A stretch of 64,000 bases of DNA from Candidatus Woesebacteria bacterium RIFCSPHIGHO2_01_FULL_39_32 (GCA_001792345.1 MGGJ01000001.1:48486-112485), one strand, 5' to 3'. Numbered from the stretch's first letter, positions 19,648 to 28,339 are shown. The notes: generated by a model not told the origin, from the letters alone. Program-made: numbers and translations.

Positions 19648-20112
19648 ATGCACCTAATAATTACGGCCGCAGCGATTAGTATATTAGCTATCGGAATTTT
19701 TTTCAGCCAGCGAGATGAACCTACCGAGGTTGTACCCTCTACGGACGGAGAAAAAGTGCTTTCCGAAGACTCCGAACTATCTGAAACTTCAACCCCTTAT
19801 CCTACTAAAACTTCTGACCAGGTGTCGAATTTATTTATTGAAGATTACACGTACCCAGGAGCGACCATTACCAGTACCAGTGCAAATACTTTGACTTTAG
19901 AATCACAAGGAAATGTTGATGCGATAACCGATTGGTACAAAGACAAAATTCAAAGTACAGGTATGAATGTCAAAACATTCGTCGTAACAAAAGCCAATGA
20001 TAATGTGTTAAATAAACTTGGTGGTTCAAACTCCGATCAAGAGGTTAATGTAGAGATTGAAAAGAAATTTGGAGAATCGAAAGTGTTAATAAGAGTTACG
20101 ACTGGGTTATGA
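19648..20112 (+). CDS. Hypothetical secreted protein
   Basis: N-terminal signal/TM; Ser/Thr-rich; no known motif. Confidence 0.3.
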   Translation: MHLIITAAAISILAIGIFFSQRDEPTEVVPSTDGEKVLSEDSELSETSTPYPTKTSDQVSNLFIEDYTYPGATITSTSANTLTLESQGNVDAITDWYKDKIQSTGMNVKTFVVTKANDNVLNKLGGSNSDQEVNVEIEKKFGESKVLIRVTTGL

Positions 20113-20265
20113 TTACTTTGTTTGTTAAATTAAAGTAGCTGTCTAACTACTTCTTGACAAGTTAGCTAAGCTTGGTTAACATACTTCCACTATAACTTCT
20201 GCCCTTATGAAAGGATTTTTCTTAACTAACTACTACTTTCTTTCAGTAAACAAGAATATAGACTT

Positions 20266-21033
20266 ATGGTTTTCAAAAATATTTCATTACAATTACCGCT
20301 TCCAATACCAAGTTTCTTTCCAAAACTTGCTCATTCGTTTGAAAGACTTAATAATAGTATTCGTTCATCCACTCCAGTTCTCAAGGGATATATCTTTACA
20401 GTTTTTGCAAGCTTACGAGAGATGAGAGAAAAGCGGAGAGCATCGGTTGAGTCAAATGTCCAAGGTTTTCAGGAAGGAAAACCAAAGCTTCGAGTTAGAA
20501 AGTACATTAAGCCCCTTTTTATAATTGGGATATTAGCTATAGCATTTATTTTGGGTGTTAGAGCACTTAGTCGTAGAGGTAATGTGGCAGGGGATCAGAT
20601 CGAAATAGGCATTGCCGAGAAAACTTTGGATGTTAATAAAGAGTTTGCTTTTCCCCTGAAAGATTCTGAAGGAGAAAAAGTAGCGGAAATTAAATACATA
20701 GTAGAGAAAGCCGAGCTTAGAGACGAAATTATAGTAAAAGGGAAAAGAGCTACTGCAATCAAAGGAAGAACCTTTTTAATCTTTAATCTCAAGGTATCTA
20801 ATGAATTCACGCAATCCATAAACATTAATTCCAAAGATTACATCAGGCTATCTGTGAATGGAAACGAGGAAGTGTGGTTGGCGCCTGATATTCACAACGA
20901 TCCGGTTGAAGTTCAGGCAATCTCCACAAAATACACCCGAGTTGGTTTTCCGATAAACGATACCGATACAAATTATGTTATTAGAGTAGGAGAAATAAAG
21001 GGTGAGAAAGAAAAGATCCCGCTTTCCTTTTAG
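20266..21033 (+). CDS. Hypothetical membrane-anchored extracellular protein (beta-sandwich-like C-terminal domain)
   Basis: Probable true start at the ATG at 20422 (MREKRR..), followed by a TM helix; rest unassigned. Confidence 0.3.
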   Translation: MVFKNISLQLPLPIPSFFPKLAHSFERLNNSIRSSTPVLKGYIFTVFASLREMREKRRASVESNVQGFQEGKPKLRVRKYIKPLFIIGILAIAFILGVRALSRRGNVAGDQIEIGIAEKTLDVNKEFAFPLKDSEGEKVAEIKYIVEKAELRDEIIVKGKRATAIKGRTFLIFNLKVSNEFTQSININSKDYIRLSVNGNEEVWLAPDIHNDPVEVQAISTKYTRVGFPINDTDTNYVIRVGEIKGEKEKIPLSF

Positions 21034-21036
21034 CAA

Positions 21037-21210
21037 ATGACATCAACAAACCTCTCTAGACAAAAAATATCTCATTCAGTTGTTGAAGAGATAACCTCGG
21101 CACTGAAAAGCGTTAGGCATTTTGGTAGCGTAGAAATTTACATCCAAAAGGGAGTTGTAACTCAGATCACAGTCAGAAACATCAAAAAGACAAATAGTAA
21201 GATCAAATAG
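21037..21210 (+). CDS. Small YezD-like (DUF2292-like) protein, 57 aa; absent from the ORF track
   Basis: ATG 3 nt after the upstream stop; MTSTNLSRQKISHSVVEEITSALKSVRHFGSVEIYIQKGVVTQITVRNIKKTNSKIK; the FGSVEIxIQxGVVTQI core matches the remembered YezD pattern. Confidence 0.4.
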   Translation: MTSTNLSRQKISHSVVEEITSALKSVRHFGSVEIYIQKGVVTQITVRNIKKTNSKIK

Positions 21211-21331
21211 ATTGTATTTCTTCAAATTACACAATACCTATTTTAATACCAAAAGGGTTTAATGTTGTCTATTAGGAATAAAACTATAATTATTTGCTTA
21301 TATAGGGATTATAGTTTGATAAGAGAACCTA

Positions 21332-21360
21332 TTGACAAAGCTAAGTAAGATTGTTATATA
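21332..21360 (+). promoter_or_regulatory. Sigma-70-like promoter (TTGACA-17-TATATA with TGn extended -10)
   Basis: ttgacaAAGCTAAGTAAGATTGTtatata read directly; AT-rich UP-like region upstream. Confidence 0.5.
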
Positions 21361-21368
21361 TATTTATG

Positions 21369-21391
21369 TAGGTTAGTTAATTACTAACCTA
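21369..21391. promoter_or_regulatory. Perfect inverted repeat TAGGTTAGT-N5-ACTAACCTA (candidate operator at +9..+31)
   Basis: 9-bp perfect arms read directly, immediately downstream of the -10 element. Confidence 0.4.
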
Positions 21392-21440
21392 TAAATAAAA
21401 CGAGTGAGCTGCCCCAATAATTTACTCGATATATTTATAG

Positions 21441-21600
21441 TATTGAGAGCTGACCGCAAACGGAGGCTCTCCGGTTTGAACTTATCCGCCAGCTGGCGGA
21501 GTCGAATCGGGGCGCCTCCGTTTTCGTTTGAAAACGGGCGATTAAGGTGAAGTGCCTTTCTCGACAATAGTCGGGAGGACCATTAAAGAAAGGGGGTGAA
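21441..21600 (+). promoter_or_regulatory. GC-rich structured 5' leader (riboswitch/attenuator-like, unclassified) of the repeat-protein operon
   Basis: A 13-bp long-range helix (21455-21467 with 21514-21526) encloses a three-way junction (hairpin 21485-21500 CCGCC-AGCU-GGCGG; CUCCG/CGGGG helix). An alternative hairpin 21519-21536 (CGUUUUC-GUUU-GAAAACG) reuses the 3' strand of the long helix. SD GGGGGTG lies 10 nt before the ATG at 21609. Confidence 0.45.
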
Positions 21601-21608
21601 ATGAAAAT

Positions 21609-22859
21609 ATGACAGATTTACAGAAAAAATTTGCATCTGCTGTTGCGGCAGGGACGTTACTTCTGAACCTCGTTACCCCGGCTTTTGCTGGTTACACTTT
21701 TGAAGTATCCGGAAACGGATCCGACTCTGAAAGCGAAGTTAAATTCGAACAAAAGAATGAAGTCAAAGTTGATCAGCAAAACTGGGCTGAGGTTCTTAAC
21801 GATGTCAAAGTTAAAGCCAATACGGGCGACAACGAAGCCAATGATAATACCGGCGGCAAGGTAGAAATAGAAACTGGCGATTCTGAAACTAATGTTTCGG
21901 TTTCAAACGTTTTGAACTCTAATGTTGCAAAGGTAGACGCGTGTTGTGTCAAAAATGTCGAAGCTAAAATTTCCGGCAACGGTTCTGATTCTGAAAATGA
22001 AATCGAACTCGAACTGGAAAATGAAGTGAAACTAAATCAGTACAACAATGCTGTAGTTTTAAACTACGTTGAAACAAAGTCAGAGACTGGAGATAACGAG
22101 GCTGAAGACAACACCAACGGCGACGTATCTATCAAAACAGGCAATGCCAAAACGACCGTAGCTGTTTCAACCGCAGCTAACTCCAATTCTGCTTGGATTT
22201 CAGGTGGAAGCGGGGGCGGCGGCAGTCTTTCTGCGATAATTTCCGGCAACGGTTCTGATTCTGAAAATGAAATCGAACTCGAACTGGAAAATGAGGTTGA
22301 GCTCGATCAGCAAAACTGGGCTGCAATTCTCAATGACGTTGAGGTTGAATCCGAAACTGGAGACAACGAGGCAGAAGACAATACAGGCGGCGAGGTTGAG
22401 ATAGAGACAGGCGATGCCGAAGCCGATGTTACTGTTGACAATATGGTCAACTTTAACTGGGCAGATATTGATGCCTGTGGATGCATCGAAGATATTTTGG
22501 CCAAAATTTCAGGCAATGGTACAGACTCAGAAAATGAGATAGAGGCCGAGCTTGAAAGTGAGTTGGAAGTTGATCAGTACAACGACTTTGACTGTAAAGG
22601 CGAGTTTAAAGATGCATGTGCAGAAGTTGATGTTGAACTGGAAACTGGAGACAATGAAGCTGAGGACAACACACTTGGCGGAGATGATCCAGCCATTGAT
22701 ACTGGTGACGCCGATGCTGGAGTACATGTCAGCAATACCGGCAACTCTAACGTTTTTGGCGCAGCTCCCGAATTAGATTGGGAAATGCCATGGGGATTTG
22801 ATTTCAATTTCAACTTTTCGTTTGATTTGGAAGATCTCCTAGCAGCTCTTTTGGGCTAA
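21609..22859 (+). CDS. Secreted acidic repeat protein 1 (four ~90-aa SGNGSDSEN...TGDNEAEDNTGG..I.TGDA...CC repeats)
   Basis: Signal peptide ending AFA; 4 tandem repeats; Cys pairs; pI strongly acidic; no recognised family. Confidence 0.7.
   Translation: MTDLQKKFASAVAAGTLLLNLVTPAFAGYTFEVSGNGSDSESEVKFEQKNEVKVDQQNWAEVLNDVKVKANTGDNEANDNTGGKVEIETGDSETNVSVSNVLNSNVAKVDACCVKNVEAKISGNGSDSENEIELELENEVKLNQYNNAVVLNYVETKSETGDNEAEDNTNGDVSIKTGNAKTTVAVSTAANSNSAWISGGSGGGGSLSAIISGNGSDSENEIELELENEVELDQQNWAAILNDVEVESETGDNEAEDNTGGEVEIETGDAEADVTVDNMVNFNWADIDACGCIEDILAKISGNGTDSENEIEAELESELEVDQYNDFDCKGEFKDACAEVDVELETGDNEAEDNTLGGDDPAIDTGDADAGVHVSNTGNSNVFGAAPELDWEMPWGFDFNFNFSFDLEDLLAALLG
21968..22294 (+). repeat. 57-nt perfect intragenic direct repeat (21968-22024 and 22238-22294) inside repeat protein 1
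   Basis: Identical DNA aatttccggcaacggttctgattctgaaaatgaaatcgaactcgaactggaaaatga at both positions. Confidence 0.8.
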
Positions 22860-22949
22860 GCCAACCTAAGGGAAACGGGCTGGTCTGCTAGCACTTCGGC
22901 GGACCACCCGGAACCCAAAGGAAAAGATAAAAGTTATTACATATAAAAA

Positions 22950-25259
22950 ATGTCTGCCCTAGTAAAAGAATTTGAAGAAATCGAAATACGATTAATAAAT
23001 GAGTCAATATATAGTGGTTTTTTTGACAGAATATTAAACCAAGCAAAAACAATTCTTGAAAAGGTGAAAAATAGATTAAATATAATGAACAATAAAGTAA
23101 ATAAAGCAAAAAATTTTGTAGCAGTTTTAATGGTCGTATTGGTTTTATTTGTATATAATCAATACTCTTTCGTTTTAGCACAAACTGCTCCTGAACCACC
23201 TGCTCCACCATCTGCTCCCGAGGCACCGTCTGCACCCTCTGCTCCCGAATCCCCATCTGACAACAATTGGGAAAGTGAAAATCAGGGCGGTGGGGATGAG
23301 GAAAACCATCGTAGATATAGAGACGACGACGAGGAAGACGAAAATGAAAACACTCAGTCCGAAACCACGAACCATCCAAGTCCTACTACAGAGAGTAGTG
23401 GAAATGAAGATGGTAGCGGTAATGTTGGAGATACCCAAATAACTACTGGTGATGCAGTAAATGATGCAGGAATTACAACTTCAGCAAACGAGAATTATTC
23501 AGGAAGTTCTTTACTTCCACAAAATAGTGGAGGTGGAGCTTCGGTATCAAATAAAGATAACGGATCCGGCTCGACTAATTCTGGGTCGGTGAGTTTAACA
23601 AACGACGATACTACTCAACAAACCAATAGCACAGTTGTTGGAAATAATCTTTGGCAGGAAACTGAAACAGGGGACAATTCGGCCTCAAGGAATGTTGGAA
23701 ACTCCACGATAAATACAGGCGATGCAAATACAACAGGGACAATAATTACTTCGGTTAATACAAACATAGATGGTTTGCTAGTAAATGAATTTAATGTCGC
23801 CGATGATCATGTAGGAGACATTATTTTAGATTTCGGGAGTTGTATTTTTGGATGCGCTCCTGGTGATTTAACGGCGCAAAATTCTGGGAATGGTACGGGA
23901 TCAAATAACCAGGCAGAGATTGATTCAAACGTTGATAGTTTTACTTTTCAAAATAATGACGCGGTTGTTGAAAATAATATGACTCTTTCTTCTGATTCAG
24001 GACATAATGACGCTGATAGAAATACCGGCGGAGATTCAGAAATTGTAACTGGAGATGCAAATGTATCTGCAAACGCTTTAACATTTGCCAACAATAATAT
24101 TTCCGGCAACGTAATCTACTCGGTAGTAAATATATTTGGAAAATTAATTGGCGACATCCTACTACCGGAAGGATTTTGCTGTTTCAATACAGTTTCTGCA
24201 GAAAATTCTGGAAATGGTTCTGAATCGCTAAACATTGCAGATATTAATCTAACAAACACCGATTTAACTTACCAATTTAATGCAGCCGATATTCAGAATA
24301 ACCTTATTTTATATGCGAACACAGGAGAAAACGATACAAGTAAAAATACAGGTGGTACATCCTCTATAAAAACAGGTTCGGCGAGCGCAAAAGCACAGGT
24401 TGTTAATGTTGCCAATACCAATATTGATGGTGGGGATTGGTGGTTAGTTATTGTAAACGAAGCAGGTAATTGGGTAGGTAAAATTATCGGAGCACCGCTG
24501 GGTTCATTATTTGGCGGGTCCGAAGGTTTTGTATTTGGAGTTTCTGATTCTGGTGAAATAACAGCGACCAATTCAGGTAATGGTTCAGATTCCCAGAACA
24601 CTTCTGGAGTTAGTCAGCAGACTTCAAATACTACGATTCAAAATAACGATGCCACCATTGTTAATAACCTTGATCTTTCTGCAAATACGGGAGCAAACTC
24701 TGCTAGTAGAAATACCGGTGGGGATTCCACAATAAAAACCGGCGATGCCAATATAATCGCAAACTTAGTTAATTTTGTAAATAATAACATTGTGGGAACA
24801 GGTAAACTTTTTGTAACCGTCGTAAACGTATTCGGAAGTTGGTTAGGTGATTTTGTTGGTCCTGGTATGGTAAAAGAGAATGATAATAATAGCCAGCAAG
24901 CGTTGGGTGGTCCAGCGCCTTCTCAAGAAAGTAGTGTAGGCGGCAACGGTAATAGTCAGAGTAAAAGCAGTACGGTGGCAAATGTATCTTTAACACAAAA
25001 TCCACTGCCATCTAGTTCGACACCAGATTCATCGGAGAATTACATTCTTGGGATCTTGAATACTTCAGATGTTGGAGTTTCAGGAGGAGAGGGAGAAGGA
25101 GAAATTGCGGTGGTAGCCGGAACAAATACTCTCAGTCAGGACTCAACTCAGGGTAAAAAGGTTGTTAAAATCAATCTTGCCTGGTTATTGTTCGGAATAC
25201 CAATGGTTGCTTTATACCTAATTCGACGCAAAAGGCTTAATGCTGATCACACTGCCTAA
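22950..25259 (+). CDS. Secreted/anchored repeat protein 2 (paralogue with NSGNGS...NTGGDS.IKTGDAN... repeats, C-terminal TM anchor)
   Basis: Alternative start at 23085 (MNNKV.. then a hydrophobic signal); Pro-rich APEPPAPPSAPE stalk; ≥4 repeats; C-terminal hydrophobic helix plus RRKR. Confidence 0.65.
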   Translation: MSALVKEFEEIEIRLINESIYSGFFDRILNQAKTILEKVKNRLNIMNNKVNKAKNFVAVLMVVLVLFVYNQYSFVLAQTAPEPPAPPSAPEAPSAPSAPESPSDNNWESENQGGGDEENHRRYRDDDEEDENENTQSETTNHPSPTTESSGNEDGSGNVGDTQITTGDAVNDAGITTSANENYSGSSLLPQNSGGGASVSNKDNGSGSTNSGSVSLTNDDTTQQTNSTVVGNNLWQETETGDNSASRNVGNSTINTGDANTTGTIITSVNTNIDGLLVNEFNVADDHVGDIILDFGSCIFGCAPGDLTAQNSGNGTGSNNQAEIDSNVDSFTFQNNDAVVENNMTLSSDSGHNDADRNTGGDSEIVTGDANVSANALTFANNNISGNVIYSVVNIFGKLIGDILLPEGFCCFNTVSAENSGNGSESLNIADINLTNTDLTYQFNAADIQNNLILYANTGENDTSKNTGGTSSIKTGSASAKAQVVNVANTNIDGGDWWLVIVNEAGNWVGKIIGAPLGSLFGGSEGFVFGVSDSGEITATNSGNGSDSQNTSGVSQQTSNTTIQNNDATIVNNLDLSANTGANSASRNTGGDSTIKTGDANIIANLVNFVNNNIVGTGKLFVTVVNVFGSWLGDFVGPGMVKENDNNSQQALGGPAPSQESSVGGNGNSQSKSSTVANVSLTQNPLPSSSTPDSSENYILGILNTSDVGVSGGEGEGEIAVVAGTNTLSQDSTQGKKVVKINLAWLLFGIPMVALYLIRRKRLNADHTA

Positions 25260-25267
25260 ATTGATGA

Positions 25268-26452
25268 ATGACCAAGTTTAAGGCAGAAATTAAAAACAGA
25301 TTCTTCTTTTTAATAAGCTTGCTGTCTATTTTGACCTATCTTTTTTTACCGACAGTACAAGCTGATGAATTAGTGATTACAGATAATGGTTCCGGTTCTA
25401 CTAACGAAGTTCAAGTTCAATCCGAAAGTCAAACAAATATTAACCAAAACAATGAGAGCAATGTTACAAATGAAGTCAATACCTCTGTAAATACCGGCGA
25501 TAATTCTGCGTCTGGCAATACAAATGGGGATGTTGCTATTACAACTGGTGATAGTAACACTCAGATTACTATAGAAAATACCGCAAACACATCTACAGTT
25601 GAGACTCGATGTTGTACTTCTGGGACCACTGCACAAATTTCTGGCAATGGCGCTAATTCAACCAATCAGATTAATACTTCTTCTACTTCAACAACAAATA
25701 TCATAGTTTATCAGAATGCTACCATTACTAATAATATTACTGGATACGTAAATACTGGTAATAATAGCGCCGATGACAATGCTGGTGGGAATGTAGAAAT
25801 AACAACAGGGAACATAAAGGTTCAAGGAAATATTATAAACGGCCCAATAAACTATTCTAATATTGAAACCGCTTTCGGCCTTGCTAGTTTTGTGTCTAAG
25901 ATTTCAGATAATGGTACGAATTCTGAAAACAAAATAAATGTAAATTTTGATTACCAAAGAAACATTAACACCAATTTTAACGCGGATTTAGATAATTACG
26001 TTACATGGGACCTAAATACCGGAGGTAATTCTGCAGATGGAAATACTGAGGGTGATGTGACTATAAATACGGGAGATATATCGCTTGACTTCTTTATTAA
26101 AAATTTTGTAAATCTTGGAAAAGTAGAAGTATCTTGTTGTCCTACTAAAAAAGAGAAAGAGGAGGAAAAACCACCCCCCGGAGTACCACCATATGAAGAA
26201 GAAAAGGAAAATGGTGGGGTGAGTGGTGGAGTTGGTGGAGGCGGTGGCGGTGGTGGTGGCGGGGGAGGAGGTCAAATACTACCAGAAGCTGCAGCGGTAG
26301 AAGCGGGAGGACCAGGAATCGATGGATTATCTGTTACTTCCGGTAGTGGATTTCAATCTCTATTATTCTTCATCGGTCTTGCTATGGTCACATTTGGTGG
26401 TAAAATTGCTACCAATGAACTTTTCCAAAATACTTCAGAAAGGAAAAAGTAA
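25268..26452 (+). CDS. Secreted repeat protein 3 (paralogue; poly-Gly tract; LPEAA/LSVTSG segment, TM and basic tail at C-terminus)
   Basis: Signal peptide ..TVQA; repeats ISGNGANS...NTGNNSADDNAGGNVEITTGN; CC pairs; a 20-residue Gly tract; C-terminal hydrophobic helix plus ERKK. Confidence 0.65.
   Translation: MTKFKAEIKNRFFFLISLLSILTYLFLPTVQADELVITDNGSGSTNEVQVQSESQTNINQNNESNVTNEVNTSVNTGDNSASGNTNGDVAITTGDSNTQITIENTANTSTVETRCCTSGTTAQISGNGANSTNQINTSSTSTTNIIVYQNATITNNITGYVNTGNNSADDNAGGNVEITTGNIKVQGNIINGPINYSNIETAFGLASFVSKISDNGTNSENKINVNFDYQRNINTNFNADLDNYVTWDLNTGGNSADGNTEGDVTINTGDISLDFFIKNFVNLGKVEVSCCPTKKEKEEEKPPPGVPPYEEEKENGGVSGGVGGGGGGGGGGGGGQILPEAAAVEAGGPGIDGLSVTSGSGFQSLLFFIGLAMVTFGGKIATNELFQNTSERKK
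26211..26272 (+). repeat. GGN-codon homopolymeric Gly tract (low-complexity DNA, slippage-prone)
   Basis: ggtggaggcggtggcggtggtggtggcgggggaggagg encodes GGGGGGGGGGGGGG. Confidence 0.7.
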
Positions 26453-27011
26453 GTCTAAAAAGGATAAAACATCTCCATTAAGACTCGCACTTGGATTAAC
26501 CTTGGTTTTGATCGGTCTAGTTATTATTTTAGGAAGAGACAATCTTCCTACTATATATAGTACAAGTTTTGAGAGCGAACCGGTTAAAATAGAAGGTTTA
26601 TCGTTTAGTGAATTAAAAGAAGAGAAAATACCAAAACGGATAGTGATTCCTCAAATTTTTACCGATCTGGAAGTAAAAAAGTCAAATATAGTTGGAGGTT
26701 ACTGGGAAGTTTTTGAGGACACGGCGGGATGGGGAATTGGATCTGGTATACCTGGGGAAAAAGGCAATCAAGTAATATTTGCACACGCGAAAGAGGGTCT
26801 TTTTTTACCACTTCGATCAATTAAAGTAGGCAGTCAAATTTATGTCCTTACCGATTCTGACTGGTATAAATATGAAATTAAAGAAATAAAAGAAGTTTAT
26901 CCTAATCAGGTAGAGGTAATTGCTCCGACAGAAGACGAGACTTTGACGCTGTACACCTGCTCTGGTTTTGCCGATACAAAACGCCTTATAGTCGTTGCAA
27001 AACCTTCTTGA
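26415..27011 (+). CDS. Sortase-family transpeptidase
   Basis: TM anchor; VIFAHAKEG (catalytic His region); TLYTCSGF (TLxTC catalytic Cys motif); ORF-track start at 26322 overlaps the upstream gene, so the ATG at 26415 is preferred. Confidence 0.65.
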   Translation: MNFSKILQKGKSKSKKDKTSPLRLALGLTLVLIGLVIILGRDNLPTIYSTSFESEPVKIEGLSFSELKEEKIPKRIVIPQIFTDLEVKKSNIVGGYWEVFEDTAGWGIGSGIPGEKGNQVIFAHAKEGLFLPLRSIKVGSQIYVLTDSDWYKYEIKEIKEVYPNQVEVIAPTEDETLTLYTCSGFADTKRLIVVAKPS

Positions 27012-27055
27012 ACTTCGATATTGAAAGGTAGATCAGTAAGCGATAAGATGAAAGC

Positions 27056-28036
27056 ATGGATTTTGCTTTTGAGCTGCGTCATTATTTTTTTCCAGGACAT
27101 TCGAATAATCATAAAGCTAAGATTCTTCATTCGACCAGCCTTTTATTAATTGCATTGTTTCTAATTACATATCAGGTAATTTTAGGGGTTTTCCCCCTAA
27201 CTGGAGTAAAAATCTTGGGTTATGCGGCAAACATACCACCAGACACGATTATTTCTTTAACAAATCAAAAACGCGTAGAAGCTGGAGTGCCGGCCTTAAT
27301 TAACAGTGCCCAACTTTCTCAAGCTGCACAATTAAAGGGACAACATATGATAGCACTAGACTATTGGGCGCATGTTGCTCCGGATGGAACCGAACCTTGG
27401 AAGTTTTTCAGCGACGTTGGTTATAAATATCGCTACGCTGGTGAAAATTTGGCTCGAGATTTTTCTAACCCGCAAGATGCTATAAACGCCTGGATATCTT
27501 CGCCCTCTCATAAAGATAATATGCTCTCTACTAAATATAAAGAAATCGGTGTAGCTGTAGTGGAAGGAGATTTGGGTGGTGTTGACACAACAATAATTGT
27601 TCAACTTTTTGGAACACAGTTAACAGATACTGCTCCAGAGCTTCCTATTGCTGAAGCAAAACCTGTAGTTACTGTGGTTCCTTCTCCGACCCAAGCACAA
27701 AAACCTACTTTAACTCCAACCCTTACATTAACACCAACATTAATACCGGTAATTGTTCAAACTTCCCCGGCGCTTCAACCCGGAAATATAAATCCGGAAG
27801 GTGTTCCAGCACGGCAGAGTGCAAATACCTTTCAAATTTTGATATCCCCATTTGAAAGTACTCGGGGGGTTGCTATTACTACGACTTTACTACTATTAAT
27901 AGTAATGACAGTTGATGGGTTAATTGTTGCAAGAAGGAAAATTCCAAGACTTTCCGGAAGAACATTCGCTCATATAGCGTTTTTGGGAATGATATTAGCA
28001 ATACTTTTAATAGCAAAAGCTGGAAAGATACTATAA
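27056..28036 (+). CDS. CAP/SCP (PR-1-like, YkwD-type) domain protein with Pro/Thr linker and C-terminal TM anchor
   Basis: GENLARDF..AWISSPSHKDNML..YKEIGVAVV matches the CAP domain; PTLTPTLTLTP linker; C-terminal TM. Confidence 0.6.
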   Translation: MDFAFELRHYFFPGHSNNHKAKILHSTSLLLIALFLITYQVILGVFPLTGVKILGYAANIPPDTIISLTNQKRVEAGVPALINSAQLSQAAQLKGQHMIALDYWAHVAPDGTEPWKFFSDVGYKYRYAGENLARDFSNPQDAINAWISSPSHKDNMLSTKYKEIGVAVVEGDLGGVDTTIIVQLFGTQLTDTAPELPIAEAKPVVTVVPSPTQAQKPTLTPTLTLTPTLIPVIVQTSPALQPGNINPEGVPARQSANTFQILISPFESTRGVAITTTLLLLIVMTVDGLIVARRKIPRLSGRTFAHIAFLGMILAILLIAKAGKIL

Positions 28037-28078
28037 TTTAGTAGTTAGTTATGAGTAGTGAGTAGTTAGTAAAAAGAT

Positions 28079-28339
28079 ATGAGAAGAATTACAAGACATT
28101 TACAACACTATTTACCTTTATTGGGGATACTTGGTGCCGGCTTGGTTGGATTTACCGTATTTTCTTATGATACTAATTTCCAGATGGCACTACTTTTCGC
28201 AACAGCCTTGGGTTACGTTTCTTGGGGAATCGTTCATCACTACATTCATGGAGATTTACACACGTCTATCATTTTGGAGTATATAGTTATTGCTCTTTTG
28301 GGTGTCGTAATCGTATCTTCAATTCTTCTCAGAGTTTGA
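28079..28339 (+). CDS. Small membrane protein (3 TM), hypothetical
   Basis: 86 aa, hydrophobic. Confidence 0.3.
   Translation: MRRITRHLQHYLPLLGILGAGLVGFTVFSYDTNFQMALLFATALGYVSWGIVHHYIHGDLHTSIILEYIVIALLGVVIVSSILLRV

Noticed and set aside
20155-20196. TTGACA box upstream of 20266 as a promoter
   Set aside because: No acceptable -10 element lies at 16-18 bp spacing (AACATA only).
20207-20425. 72-aa ORF overlapping the 5' region of 20266-21033
   Set aside because: It is in a different frame and overlapping, with no motif. The longer ORF with a TM helix is preferred.
21585-21608. T-box-like AAAGGGGGUGAAAUG near the RBS
   Set aside because: It lacks the conserved ACCGCG core and specifier-loop architecture, and the downstream gene is not amino-acid related. 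It is simply the SD region.
21773-22813. Several minus-strand ORFs (MPEILA..., 61-79 aa) inside the repeat-protein gene
   Set aside because: They are antisense shadows of the acidic tandem repeats. They are low-complexity Ser/Leu/Pro-rich and fully contained within a well-supported + strand gene.
21609-26452. Tandem DNA repeats could be mistaken for a CRISPR array
   Set aside because: The repeats are ~270 nt coding modules within continuous ORFs, with no short fixed-length repeat/spacer periodicity. No cas genes are nearby.
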